Below are positions 40,979-49,458 of a DNA stretch of 64,000 nt, in pieces (within the stretch, counting starts at the first letter, position 1; each line of letters begins with the position of its first letter). The notes beneath the pieces were generated by a model. The model did no database searches. It was not told the DNA's origin and worked only from the letters and a program-made list of their open reading frames with translations. The DNA comes from Bacteroidia bacterium. Lineage in GTDB: Bacteria; Bacteroidota; Bacteroidia; Palsa-965. Where the stretch lies: assembly GCA_044448685.1 (NCBI GenBank), contig JBIOHC010000013.1:408-64407 (forward strand). The letters are read 5' to 3'. A program made the translations under genes and the position numbers.

Positions 40979-43519
40979 TTATTCCTCTTTTTTATTCTTC
41001 CTTGGTTTGGTTTCTTTGGGTTTTACCACTCTTACAACGATGTCATTCTTTTCCTTATCAAAGTCAACTTCCACCACATCACCTTCTGTAACGGCTGATT
41101 TGATGATTTCTTCAGCCAGTGGATCTTCCACATATTTCTGAATGGCACGCTTAAGCGGACGGGCACCGAAATTGGCATCGTAACCCTTTTCACATACATA
41201 ATCCTTGGCTGCAGCAGTCAGCTTCACGGTATAACCCATACTGTGAATACGGCTGTAGAGCTTTTCCAGTTCTATGTCAATTATCTTAAAGATATCTTCC
41301 TTGCTCAGAGAATTGAACAGGACAACATCATCGATACGGTTCAGGAACTCCGGAGCAAAGGCTTTTTTAAGGGCATTTTCAATCACCCCCTTGGTATTGT
41401 CCTCTACTGAATCTTTCTTGGCTGTAGTACCGAATCCCACACCGGTTCCGAAATCTTTAAGCTGACGGGATCCGATATTGGAGGTCATAATGATGATGGT
41501 GTTTTTAAAATCCACCTTACGGCCCAGGCTGTCGGTCAGTTGACCGTCATCCAGTACCTGTAAAAGCAGGTTGAATACATCCGGATGGGCTTTTTCAATT
41601 TCATCCAGCAGGATCACCGAATAAGGTTTGCGTCTTACCTTCTCAGTAAGCTGTCCGCCTTCTTCATACCCTACATATCCCGGAGGCGCTCCGACAAGAC
41701 GAGTCACGGCAAATTTCTCCATATACTCACTCATATCGATACGGATGAGGGCATCATCATTATCGAACAGATTGCGTGAAAGCAATTTGGCGAGTTGTGT
41801 CTTACCGACACCGGTAGGGCCTAAGAAAATAAAGCTTCCGATAGGTTTGTTCGGATCTTTAAGTCCGGCACGGTTACGCTGAATGGCTTTCACCACCTTT
41901 TTCACAGCCTCTTCCTGACCGATAACCTTACCCATCAGATCGGCACCCATATTTACCAGCTTACTGCCTTCATTCTGAGCAATACGCTGTACAGGTACCC
42001 CTGTCATCATGGCAACGACTTCTGCAACATTGTCTTCAGAAACCGTTTCTTTATGCGTCTTGGTTTCTTCCTCCCACGCTTTTTTAGCAACTTCAAGCTG
42101 TTCCAGAAGCTGACGTTCCGTATCTCTCAGACGGGCAGCTTCTTCATATTTCTGTGAGCGGACTACTTTATTTTTTTCTTCTTTGATCTCTTCTATCTTT
42201 TTCTCAATCTCGAGAATGTTCTTCGGAACCTTGATATTATTAATATGCACTCTGGAACCGGCTTCATCAAGAGCATCAATTGCTTTATCAGGCAGGTGAC
42301 GATCTGTGATATAACGTGTAGTCAGACTGACACAGGCTTTGATCGCTTCATCCGTATAGATCACATTATGGTGATCTTCGTATTTGGATTTGATATTGTT
42401 CAGAATCTGAACTGTTTCTTCAGGCGTAGCAGGTTCTACAATCACTTTCTGGAAGCGGCGTTCGAGAGCACCGTCTTTTTCAATATACTGACGGTATTCA
42501 TCCAGCGTGGTGGCACCAATACACTGGATTTCTCCACGGGCAAGAGCCGGTTTGAACATATTCGATGCATCGAGTGATCCGGAAGCTCCGCCGGCACCGA
42601 TAATGGTATGAATCTCATCAATAAAGAGAATCACATCCGGAGATTTCTCCAGTTCATTCATCACCGCCTTCATACGCTCTTCAAACTGACCACGGTATTT
42701 GGTACCGGCAACAAGAGAGGCAAGGTCAAGTGTTACAACTCGTTTATTAAAGAGTACGCGTGATACCTTTTTCTGTGTGATACGAAGTGCCAGTCCTTCG
42801 GCAATAGCCGATTTACCCACACCGGGTTCACCAATCAGGATAGGATTATTCTTTTTACGCCGGGAGAGGATCTGGGATACCCGTTCAATTTCCTTTTCAC
42901 GGCCTACAATAGGATCGAGTTTGCCATCTTCGGCTGCCTTGGTCAAATCCCGTCCAAAATTATCAAGTACGGGTGTCTTTGATTTAGAGTCTGATATTTT
43001 CTTGGTACCGCTTCCAAATGCTCCGCCGTCATCTTCATTCTCATCATCAGCCGGGTTTTGCGGGAATTCGGCTTTGGGATCTGCGTTCATCATTTCCAAT
43101 TCATTTTTAATTGTTTCATAATCAATATTGAACTTATGCAAGGCTTTGGTGGCAATACTGTCCTCATCCTTCAATATGGAAAGGAGCAAATGCTCTGTTC
43201 CTATCATTGCACTCTTGAAAATTTTGGCTTCAAGATACGTAATTTTCAATGCCTTTTCCGCTTGTTTAACAAGGGGGATATTTCCGAGACTTACATTCAC
43301 CTTTTTAGTACCAACCCCTGTCATGGTTTCCACTTCTTTGCGAAGGTCATGCAAATTGATAGTCAGCGATTTCATGATCCGGATGGCCATCCCTTCGCCT
43401 TCCCTGATAATACCGAGCAGCAAATGTTCTGTGCCGATATAATCATGCCCCAGGCGTAATGCCTCCTCACGACTATATGTAATCACATCTTTAACTCGGG
43501 GTGAGAATTTAGCTTCCAT
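40979..43519 (-). CDS. clpC: ATP-dependent Clp protease ATP-binding subunit ClpC-type (Clp_N, two AAA+ modules, UVR-like linker)
   Basis: Two Walker A motifs (GEPGVGKSAI, GPTGVGKT) and a UVR-like segment VRSQKYEEAARLRDTE. The start at MEAKFSPRV (43519) is preferred over the ORF-track start at 43597. Confidence 0.93.
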   Translation of the reverse strand: MEAKFSPRVKDVITYSREEALRLGHDYIGTEHLLLGIIREGEGMAIRIMKSLTINLHDLRKEVETMTGVGTKKVNVSLGNIPLVKQAEKALKITYLEAKIFKSAMIGTEHLLLSILKDEDSIATKALHKFNIDYETIKNELEMMNADPKAEFPQNPADDENEDDGGAFGSGTKKISDSKSKTPVLDNFGRDLTKAAEDGKLDPIVGREKEIERVSQILSRRKKNNPILIGEPGVGKSAIAEGLALRITQKKVSRVLFNKRVVTLDLASLVAGTKYRGQFEERMKAVMNELEKSPDVILFIDEIHTIIGAGGASGSLDASNMFKPALARGEIQCIGATTLDEYRQYIEKDGALERRFQKVIVEPATPEETVQILNNIKSKYEDHHNVIYTDEAIKACVSLTTRYITDRHLPDKAIDALDEAGSRVHINNIKVPKNILEIEKKIEEIKEEKNKVVRSQKYEEAARLRDTERQLLEQLEVAKKAWEEETKTHKETVSEDNVAEVVAMMTGVPVQRIAQNEGSKLVNMGADLMGKVIGQEEAVKKVVKAIQRNRAGLKDPNKPIGSFIFLGPTGVGKTQLAKLLSRNLFDNDDALIRIDMSEYMEKFAVTRLVGAPPGYVGYEEGGQLTEKVRRKPYSVILLDEIEKAHPDVFNLLLQVLDDGQLTDSLGRKVDFKNTIIIMTSNIGSRQLKDFGTGVGFGTTAKKDSVEDNTKGVIENALKKAFAPEFLNRIDDVVLFNSLSKEDIFKIIDIELEKLYSRIHSMGYTVKLTAAAKDYVCEKGYDANFGARPLKRAIQKYVEDPLAEEIIKSAVTEGDVVEVDFDKEKNDIVVRVVKPKETKPRKNKKEE

Positions 43520-43819
43520 AGTCTGTGTTTCTGTATGAAAATTACGGTTTTCCGGCGTCCCGACAAAATTACTGGTAATTCCCCGGACAACCGGCAATCC
43601 AAAGCTATTTTTTACACGTAAAAATGTTAATAATTAATGCGTTAAAAACCGCTGTTTTTGACCCCGGAATAGTACCTTCGGTCGCCTTAATCACTTGTAC
43701 TGATTGGTTGTATACGTTATTTCCGTCAGGATAGTTATGAAGGCATTGACATTTCAGCCCTTGCAGGCAAACAACTCAAGTATCGTACCAACATCTGAAT
43801 TAAAAACTATAATGACATT

Positions 43820-46345
43820 ATGGCTGAAGGAGAAAAAATAATTCCGATAAACATTGAAAATGAGATGCAGACCTCGTATATCGATTATGCGATGTCAGTC
43901 ATTGTGTCGCGTGCTTTACCGGATGTACGTGACGGATTAAAACCCGTTCACCGCAGGGTTCTCTTCGGTATGCTTGATCTGGGGGTTCTTTCCAACCGCC
44001 CTTATAAGAAATCAGCCCGTATAGTAGGGGAGGTCCTGGGTAAATACCACCCCCATGGTGATACCTCCGTTTATGATGCCATGGTGCGTATGGCTCAGGA
44101 ATGGAGCCTGCGTTACCCCCTGGTTGACGGGCAGGGTAACTTCGGTTCGGTTGATGGTGATCCACCGGCTGCCATGCGTTATACAGAAGCCCGTCTTCGG
44201 AAAATTGCCGAGGAAATGCTGGGCGATATAGAAAAGGATACCGTCGACTTCAGACCTAACTTCGACGACTCTCTGGAAGAACCGACCGTTCTTCCAACCC
44301 GGGTTCCCAACCTGTTGGTTAACGGAGCTTCCGGTATTGCCGTAGGTATGGCTACCAATATGCCTCCGCATAACCTCCGGGAGATAGTGGATGCCTGTAT
44401 TGCCTATATTGACAATAAGGATATTGATCTTGCCGGCCTGCTCCAGTATGTCAAAGCCCCTGATTTCCCAACAGGTGGTATCATATACGGTTACCAGGGT
44501 GTCAAAGATGCGTTCGAAACAGGAAGAGGACGTATCGTAATGCGCGCCAAAACAAATATTGAAATCCACAACGACAGGGAACGTCTCATTGTCACCGAAA
44601 TTCCTTACCAGGTGAACAAGGCTCAGATGATCGAGAATACGGCCGCCCTCATCAATGACAAGAAAATTGAAGGTATAAGTGCCCTGCGCGATGAAAGCGA
44701 CAGGGATGGAATGCGTATTGTTTATGAAATAAAACGCGATGCTATTACCAATGTGGTTCTGAATAACCTGTTCAAATACACTGCATTACAGACTGCCTTC
44801 AGCGTTAATAATATTGCCCTTGTAGCCGGACGGCCGGTTATGCTTAACCTCAAAACCCTTGTCGGACATTTTATCGATTTCAGGCATGAGGTTGTTATAC
44901 GCCGTACACGCTATGAACTGGATCAGGCTCAGAAAAGAGCCCATATCCTGCAAGGATACCTTATTGCACTTGATCACCTGGATGAAGTAATCAAACTCAT
45001 TCGCGAATCCAAAACTCCGAACGAAGCCCAGGAGCAGCTTATTATCCGTTTTGCCCTCAGCGAGATACAGAGTAAGGCCATTCTCGAAATGCGTCTCCGT
45101 GTATTGACAGGCCTGGAAAGAGACAAGATCAAGTCTGAATACGATGACCTGATGAAACTCATCACCTACCTCAATGAAGTCCTGGCTGAAGAACCTCTCC
45201 GTATGGAAATCATCAAGTCAGAACTCCTGGAAGTAAAGGAGAAATACGGAGATGAACGTAAAACAGTGATAGAATTTGCTTCCGGCGATCAGCGCATGGA
45301 AGACCTCATAGCCGATGAAGATGTGGTAATCACCATCTCGCATATGGGATATATCAAACGTACCCTTCTGAGTGAATACCGTACCCAGGCAAGAGGAGGG
45401 AAGGGCTCAAAAGGAACAGCTACCCGTGATGAGGATTTCCTGGAACATCTGTTTGTAGCCACCAACCATAACTACCTCCTGTTCTTTACCGAGCAGGGAC
45501 GTTGTTTCTGGATGAGGGCCTATGAAATTCCGGAAGGAAACAAAGCCAGCAAGGGCAGGGCTATTCAAAACCTGATCAATATTCCACAGGATGATAAGGT
45601 GAAGGCATATATAAATGTCAAGAACCTCACAGATGAAGAATATGTCAGGAACAATTTCATCATTATGTGTACCAAGAATGGTATCATCAAGAAAACAAGC
45701 CTGGAAGATTATTCCCGTCCAAGGGCGAATGGTATCAATGCCATAACCGTACGCGACGGAGATTCCCTGCTCGAAGCCCGCTTAACAAGTGGAAAGGATG
45801 AAATCATGCTTGCTTCCAAGCTGGGCAAGGTGGTCCGTTTTAACGAAACCAAGGTCCGCCCTATGGGCCGTAATGCTTCCGGTGTAAGAGGTATCAATCT
45901 GGAAGATGAAAGCGGCGCTCCGAATGAAGTTATAGGTATGATTACCATTGCCAGTCCTGAAACCAATGTATTGGTTGTGTCTGAAAAAGGATTCGGTAAA
46001 CGCTCCGATATAGAAGAATACAGGGTTACCAACAGGGGCGGTAAAGGGGTAAAAACCCTCAATGTGACGGATAAGACAGGTAACCTTATCTCTATCAAGG
46101 ATGTGGATGACAATAAGGATCTGATGATTATCACCAAGTCGGGAATAGCAATACGCCTTGCCGTAAAAGACCTGAGAGTAATAGGCAGGGCTACCCAGGG
46201 TGTCAGACTGATAAACCTGGCCGAAACTGATGAGATAGCATCTGTTGCCAAAGTGGATGTTGATCCGGAAGAGGAAAAAGCCCAGCCGGAAGAAAATGGT
46301 GAAAATTATGAAAATGGAGAAACTCCTGCGTCTGATGATAAATAG
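43820..46345 (+). CDS. gyrA: DNA gyrase subunit A
   Basis: Canonical GyrA N-terminus ([28 protein letters not shown]), active-site region [10 protein letters not shown], beta-pinwheel C-terminal domain and an acidic tail. Confidence 0.97.
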   Translation: MAEGEKIIPINIENEMQTSYIDYAMSVIVSRALPDVRDGLKPVHRRVLFGMLDLGVLSNRPYKKSARIVGEVLGKYHPHGDTSVYDAMVRMAQEWSLRYPLVDGQGNFGSVDGDPPAAMRYTEARLRKIAEEMLGDIEKDTVDFRPNFDDSLEEPTVLPTRVPNLLVNGASGIAVGMATNMPPHNLREIVDACIAYIDNKDIDLAGLLQYVKAPDFPTGGIIYGYQGVKDAFETGRGRIVMRAKTNIEIHNDRERLIVTEIPYQVNKAQMIENTAALINDKKIEGISALRDESDRDGMRIVYEIKRDAITNVVLNNLFKYTALQTAFSVNNIALVAGRPVMLNLKTLVGHFIDFRHEVVIRRTRYELDQAQKRAHILQGYLIALDHLDEVIKLIRESKTPNEAQEQLIIRFALSEIQSKAILEMRLRVLTGLERDKIKSEYDDLMKLITYLNEVLAEEPLRMEIIKSELLEVKEKYGDERKTVIEFASGDQRMEDLIADEDVVITISHMGYIKRTLLSEYRTQARGGKGSKGTATRDEDFLEHLFVATNHNYLLFFTEQGRCFWMRAYEIPEGNKASKGRAIQNLINIPQDDKVKAYINVKNLTDEEYVRNNFIIMCTKNGIIKKTSLEDYSRPRANGINAITVRDGDSLLEARLTSGKDEIMLASKLGKVVRFNETKVRPMGRNASGVRGINLEDESGAPNEVIGMITIASPETNVLVVSEKGFGKRSDIEEYRVTNRGGKGVKTLNVTDKTGNLISIKDVDDNKDLMIITKSGIAIRLAVKDLRVIGRATQGVRLINLAETDEIASVAKVDVDPEEEKAQPEENGENYENGETPASDDK

Positions 46346-46431
46346 ACTCAGGACAGAAGACGCAAGATGCAAGACAACAGTTTGAATATCAATTAATAGT
46401 TTACATCAATTAATGCATTAATACACGAGTT

Positions 46432-47700
46432 ATGAAGAAACACCTCATCATCCTTTCAGCGATGAGCCTCCTTACAGGTATGAGTATGGCCCAGTCGAGC
46501 AAACGAACTACTGCTCATAATGCCCTGGAAGATTATAAGCGGTATAAAGAAGTGGATGCCCTTAAAAAGGCCCGGGAAAACATAGATGCAGCATCCCTGC
46601 ATGCAGAAACAGGGGTGGAAGCCAAAACCTGGGTATACCGTGGAGAAATCTATCTTGTTTCCTATGAAAACAGTCTTCAGCAGGAAGAAGCAAAGCAAAA
46701 AGATGTAAGCGACCCAAAGAAAAAGAACATGGTCGCCTATAGCAATACCTCTTTGGCAGAGCTTCAGACTTCTTATGAAAGCTATCTCAAAGCCAGGGAA
46801 TATGACAAAAAAAAGATCTATACCGAGGAAATTGGAAGCGCCCTTCCACGTATTATGATACATTTTGACAATAAAGGAGTGGCTGACTATAACTCTAAAC
46901 AACTGGCAACAGCGGCCATAAGCTTTGAAAAATGTTATGAGGTAAGCCAACAAATGGGACACCCCGATACCTCCGTACTGAATAATGCTGCGATGACCTA
47001 CAGACTGGCAGGTGATCTGCCTAAGTCTATTGAGATCTATAAAAAGCTGGTAGCCATGGGATTCGGAAAAGGAAAGACAGTAGCTATCCTTTCCAATGTA
47101 TATGTGGCAAATAAGGATACGGCAGCAGCGCTTACCCTGGTAGCGGCCGAACGCGCCAAATACCCTAATGACGGAGATCTGATTGTAAACGAAACACAAC
47201 TGTTTCTGTGGACCAAGAAGCGCAAGGAGGCTCTCGCCAACCTTCAGAATCTGATAGCCAAGAATCCTAACGATTCCACCATGAATATGCTGGTTGGCAG
47301 TACCTATGATAATATGGCTAACCCCAAGGATGATAAAGGGAATGATTTACCGCCTCCTCCTGAACAGACAGAATATTTCAACCAGGCTGTTACTTATTAC
47401 AAAAAAGCCATTGAAATCAAACCTGATTATTTCAAAGCCCTTTTTAACCTCGGAATCCTCTATTTTAACCGGGGAGCCAAAATGTATAATAAGGCCAATA
47501 ATATCAAGGAAGCTGCTTTGTATGCAAAGGAGAGCAAAAAGGCAGATGATGAGTTTAAACTAGCCTTGCCTTATATGGAAAAAGCTCACCAGGTAATGCC
47601 TAAAGATAAGGATACGATGAAGGCACTTAAAACATTGTATTCCAGAACGGAACAGCAAGCCAAATACGATAAGATCGTAGAGGAACTAAAGAATAACTGA
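46432..47700 (+). CDS. TPR-repeat lipoprotein-like protein
   Basis: Signal peptide and TPR-like units (for example YFKALFNLGILYFNRG). Confidence 0.8.
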   Translation: MKKHLIILSAMSLLTGMSMAQSSKRTTAHNALEDYKRYKEVDALKKARENIDAASLHAETGVEAKTWVYRGEIYLVSYENSLQQEEAKQKDVSDPKKKNMVAYSNTSLAELQTSYESYLKAREYDKKKIYTEEIGSALPRIMIHFDNKGVADYNSKQLATAAISFEKCYEVSQQMGHPDTSVLNNAAMTYRLAGDLPKSIEIYKKLVAMGFGKGKTVAILSNVYVANKDTAAALTLVAAERAKYPNDGDLIVNETQLFLWTKKRKEALANLQNLIAKNPNDSTMNMLVGSTYDNMANPKDDKGNDLPPPPEQTEYFNQAVTYYKKAIEIKPDYFKALFNLGILYFNRGAKMYNKANNIKEAALYAKESKKADDEFKLALPYMEKAHQVMPKDKDTMKALKTLYSRTEQQAKYDKIVEELKNN

Positions 47701-47720
47701 TCCAATCAGATATTCGTTAA

Positions 47721-47746
47721 AAGCGGAAGCGATTCCGCTTTTTTTA
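47721..47746. terminator. bidirectional hairpin terminator
   Basis: AAGCGGAA-GCGA-TTCCGCTT 8-bp stem with a T-run on the plus strand and TTTT on the minus strand. Lies between convergent stops. Confidence 0.7.
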
Positions 47747-47747
47747 T

Positions 47748-48059
47748 TTAGGCCGGGATGGAAACCTCAACTTTATCCAGACCGCTGGGAGGCATTACAA
47801 ACTTTCCTTTGGGGTAGAACGAACCTTCAATATACATCACTTCTCTCATTTCATCCAGGGGGAAACATCTCCAGTTAAGCTCGGTTTCCCGGGCAATACC
47901 GCTTTCATCTTCCCCGGCGAACTGATAGAAAAACCCATGTGCCACCCCTTTAATTGAACCAATCTGATGAGGGCAAAGCTGGCGTTTGTACCCGTTGTAA
48001 ACAGCATAAATCTGTTGTTTGTTGGTTATGGCTTTCTGGACGGTAACGTAGTTACTCAT
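47748..48059 (-). CDS. small hypothetical protein (103 aa), possibly a WYL/SH3-like beta-barrel
   Basis: The internal ATG at 48059 gives MSNYVTVQKAI.... The pattern Y-x-G-x-x-R-x-x-x-PH ... YQFAG-x-x-x-SG ... WRCF-x-L-x-x-M resembles small WYL-like proteins. The fold call is tentative. Confidence 0.5.
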   Translation of the reverse strand: MSNYVTVQKAITNKQQIYAVYNGYKRQLCPHQIGSIKGVAHGFFYQFAGEDESGIARETELNWRCFPLDEMREVMYIEGSFYPKGKFVMPPSGLDKVEVSIPA

Positions 48060-48270
48060 GGGTGGGGGTAGGATTAAGAGCGAAGGTACCCTTTTATTTC
48101 TCCTTCTTTTTTGCTTGAGCAAAAAAGAAGCAAAAAACTCAAGACGGCACGATTCCTGCCGCACCGGCTACACGACATCGTGCGCCGTCAGGGCGTACAC
48201 GCCTATGAATGGCATCATTCTGGGGTGGCTCTGCAGGAGCTTTATCACATGCCTCCCGAATAGGGGTAGT

Positions 48271-48399
48271 TTGTCATTCCGAGGCACTTTGGGGTTGAAT
48301 TGAGCGGGGTAGTGCCGAAGAATCTCCTTGGACTTTCGGCGTTTTACTTTTCTTTGCCAACCACGCAAAGAAAAGTAACAAAAGAAAAGTCACCACGAA
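48271..48399 (+). repeat. REP/MITE-like element, copy 1 of a 128-129-bp direct duplication
   Basis: TTGTCATTCCGAGGCACTTTGGGGTTGAATTGAGCGGGGTAGTGCCGAAGAATCTCC...GTCACCACGAA recurs at 48506-48633 with two substitutions and one 1-nt indel. Confidence 0.85.
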
Positions 48400-48476
48400 A
48401 AACCAACCGGAAGCTTTCGCCTTGCACAGTCAGCGCGTCTACGCCGCGAAACTTCCGGTTCGCACTTTTTCGTGGT
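48391..48476. other. long imperfect hairpin (~27 bp paired in three helical segments)
   Basis: CACCACGAAAAA/TTTTTCGTGGT, AACCGGAAG/CTTCCGGTT and TTTCGC/GCGAAA are nested around a 25-nt GC-rich loop. Confidence 0.6.
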
Positions 48477-48505
48477 CTCCCTCACACGGGGCTAATTGAT
48501 TGGAA

Positions 48506-48633
48506 TTGTCATTCCGAGGCACTTTGGGGTTGAATTGAGCGGGGCAGTGCCGAAGAATCTCCTTGGACTTTCGGCGTTTTACTTTTCTTTGCCAACCACG
48601 CAAAAAAAAGTAACAAAAGAAAAGTCACCACGA
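48506..48633 (+). repeat. REP/MITE-like element, copy 2
   Basis: Near-identical to 48271-48399 and offset by 235 bp. Confidence 0.85.
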
Positions 48634-48666
48634 ATGACTATATACCTGACAATCCTTATATTTACA

Positions 48667-48694
48667 ATTTAACATAATGTTAATTATGGATAAA
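48667..48694 (-). other. dif: candidate dif (XerC/XerD chromosome dimer resolution) site
   Basis: Minus-strand 28-mer TTTATCCATAA-TTAACA-TTATGTTAAAT. The XerD arm is 11/11 identical to E. coli dif, and the XerC arm shares CATAA. It sits in an AT-rich intergenic stretch at a convergent gene junction. Confidence 0.65.
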
Positions 48695-48719
48695 AGAGTA
48701 ATCTAAAACCAGGGGTGTA

Positions 48720-49458
48720 CGACATTCATTTTGGTCCGTTCAAGTCAAAACGTTCGTTATCGGACATCGATCCTTATCCATTGGAATTCAACCCTTATCC
48801 ATGTTGATTCTAACCTTATCTGTTGTAGGTCTACCCTTATCCGTTTTATATCTACCGTTATCCATTTGGAATCAATCCTTTTCCATTTCAAATCAAACCT
48901 TGTTCGTTAAATGTCAACCTTTATCCATGTTATGTCTAACTTTTTTCAGTTTACATCAAACTTTGTCCGGTTCGATTAAAACCTTACCTGTTTAATGTCT
49001 AACCTTATACAGTTGAATTCAACCCTTATTCATGTCAATTCTAATCGTCTTCATTTTAAATCAATCCTTGAACGTTTCAATTCAAATCTTGACGATTTCA
49101 ATTCAACCGTTGTTCACTGAATGTCTAACCTTAAGCATTTTAAGTCAATCTTAAATAGTATCAGGATTCTCCCGAACCGGTTAAACACTATCCTATACAG
49201 GATGTTATTAATCCGAAACCGGATCATTTCTATCCCGATCCGGATATTATCAATCCGAAGCCGGATCGTTTCAACCCCGATCCGGGCGTTATCAACCTGT
49301 AACCGGGTCTTTTCAATCCCGAATCGGGCATTATCAGATCGAAACCGGGTCGTTTCAATCCCAATCCGGGCATTATCTGGCCTAAACCGGATCCTTTCAA
49401 TCCCGATCCGGGCATTATCTGCCCTAAACCGGATGATATCAATTCCATGCAGGCGGGT
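48720..49458 (+). repeat. array of about 35 head-to-tail degenerate 20-22-bp (mode 21) repeats
   Basis: I segmented it by eye into consecutive units, for example GAATTCAACCCTTATCCATGTT / GATTCTAACCTTATCTGTTGTA / GGTCTACCCTTATCCGTTTTA ... TTATCAATCCGAAGCCGGATCG / TTTCAACCCCGATCCGGGCG. All units share a TC(A/T)A(Y)CC block. Confidence 0.85.
49205..49436. repeat. 42-bp super-repeat sub-array forming tandem CCGGATC-stem hairpins
   Basis: Pairs CCGGATC(A/G/C)-TTTC(T/A)A(T/C)CCC-GATCCGG occur at about 49219-49244, 49261-49286 and 49387-49412, with weaker versions at about 49303-49328 and 49345-49370. Confidence 0.7.

Noticed and set aside
43520-43597. N-terminal extensions implied by the ORF-track longest-ORF starts (clpC 43597, tlpA-like 40815, Smr 36481, pepP 7276, tenI-like 25793, SPT-like 57758, lipocalin-like 60404, small genes 48164, 54120 and 37787)
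   Set aside because: In each case an internal start gives a canonical N-terminus: a conserved family start such as MEAKFSPRV for ClpC, or a signal or lipoprotein peptide. The upstream extension also overlaps terminators, neighbouring genes or repeats.
44012-47199. Long antisense ORFs opposite gyrA and the TPR gene (44012-44569 -, 45709-46251 -, 45782-46372 -, 46456-47199 -)
   Set aside because: The sense strand encodes unmistakable GyrA and a TPR protein. The antisense products have no recognisable motifs and odd composition.
48168-48533. ORFs 48168-48368 (-) and 48300-48533 (+) as genes
   Set aside because: They run across the duplicated REP/MITE-like element and its hairpins. The same pseudo-peptide (…PKVPRNDK…) is generated wherever the element occurs, for example at 61140-61165.
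48720-49458. CRISPR array
   Set aside because: The units abut one another with no unique spacers. They are degenerate rather than identical and only about 21 bp long. No cas genes or leader-like arrangement occur in the window.
48634-49458. Chromosomal origin (oriC): an AT-rich stretch plus a cluster of DnaA-box-like TTATCCAT motifs near gyrA
   Set aside because: Flanking genes converge on this gap rather than diverging from it. The AT-rich stretch contains a 28-mer with a perfect XerD arm, which is typical of dif. No exact TTATCCACA box is present. All boxes share one orientation at a fixed 21-bp spacing, unlike known oriC layouts. I keep it as an alternative to be settled by whole-genome GC skew.
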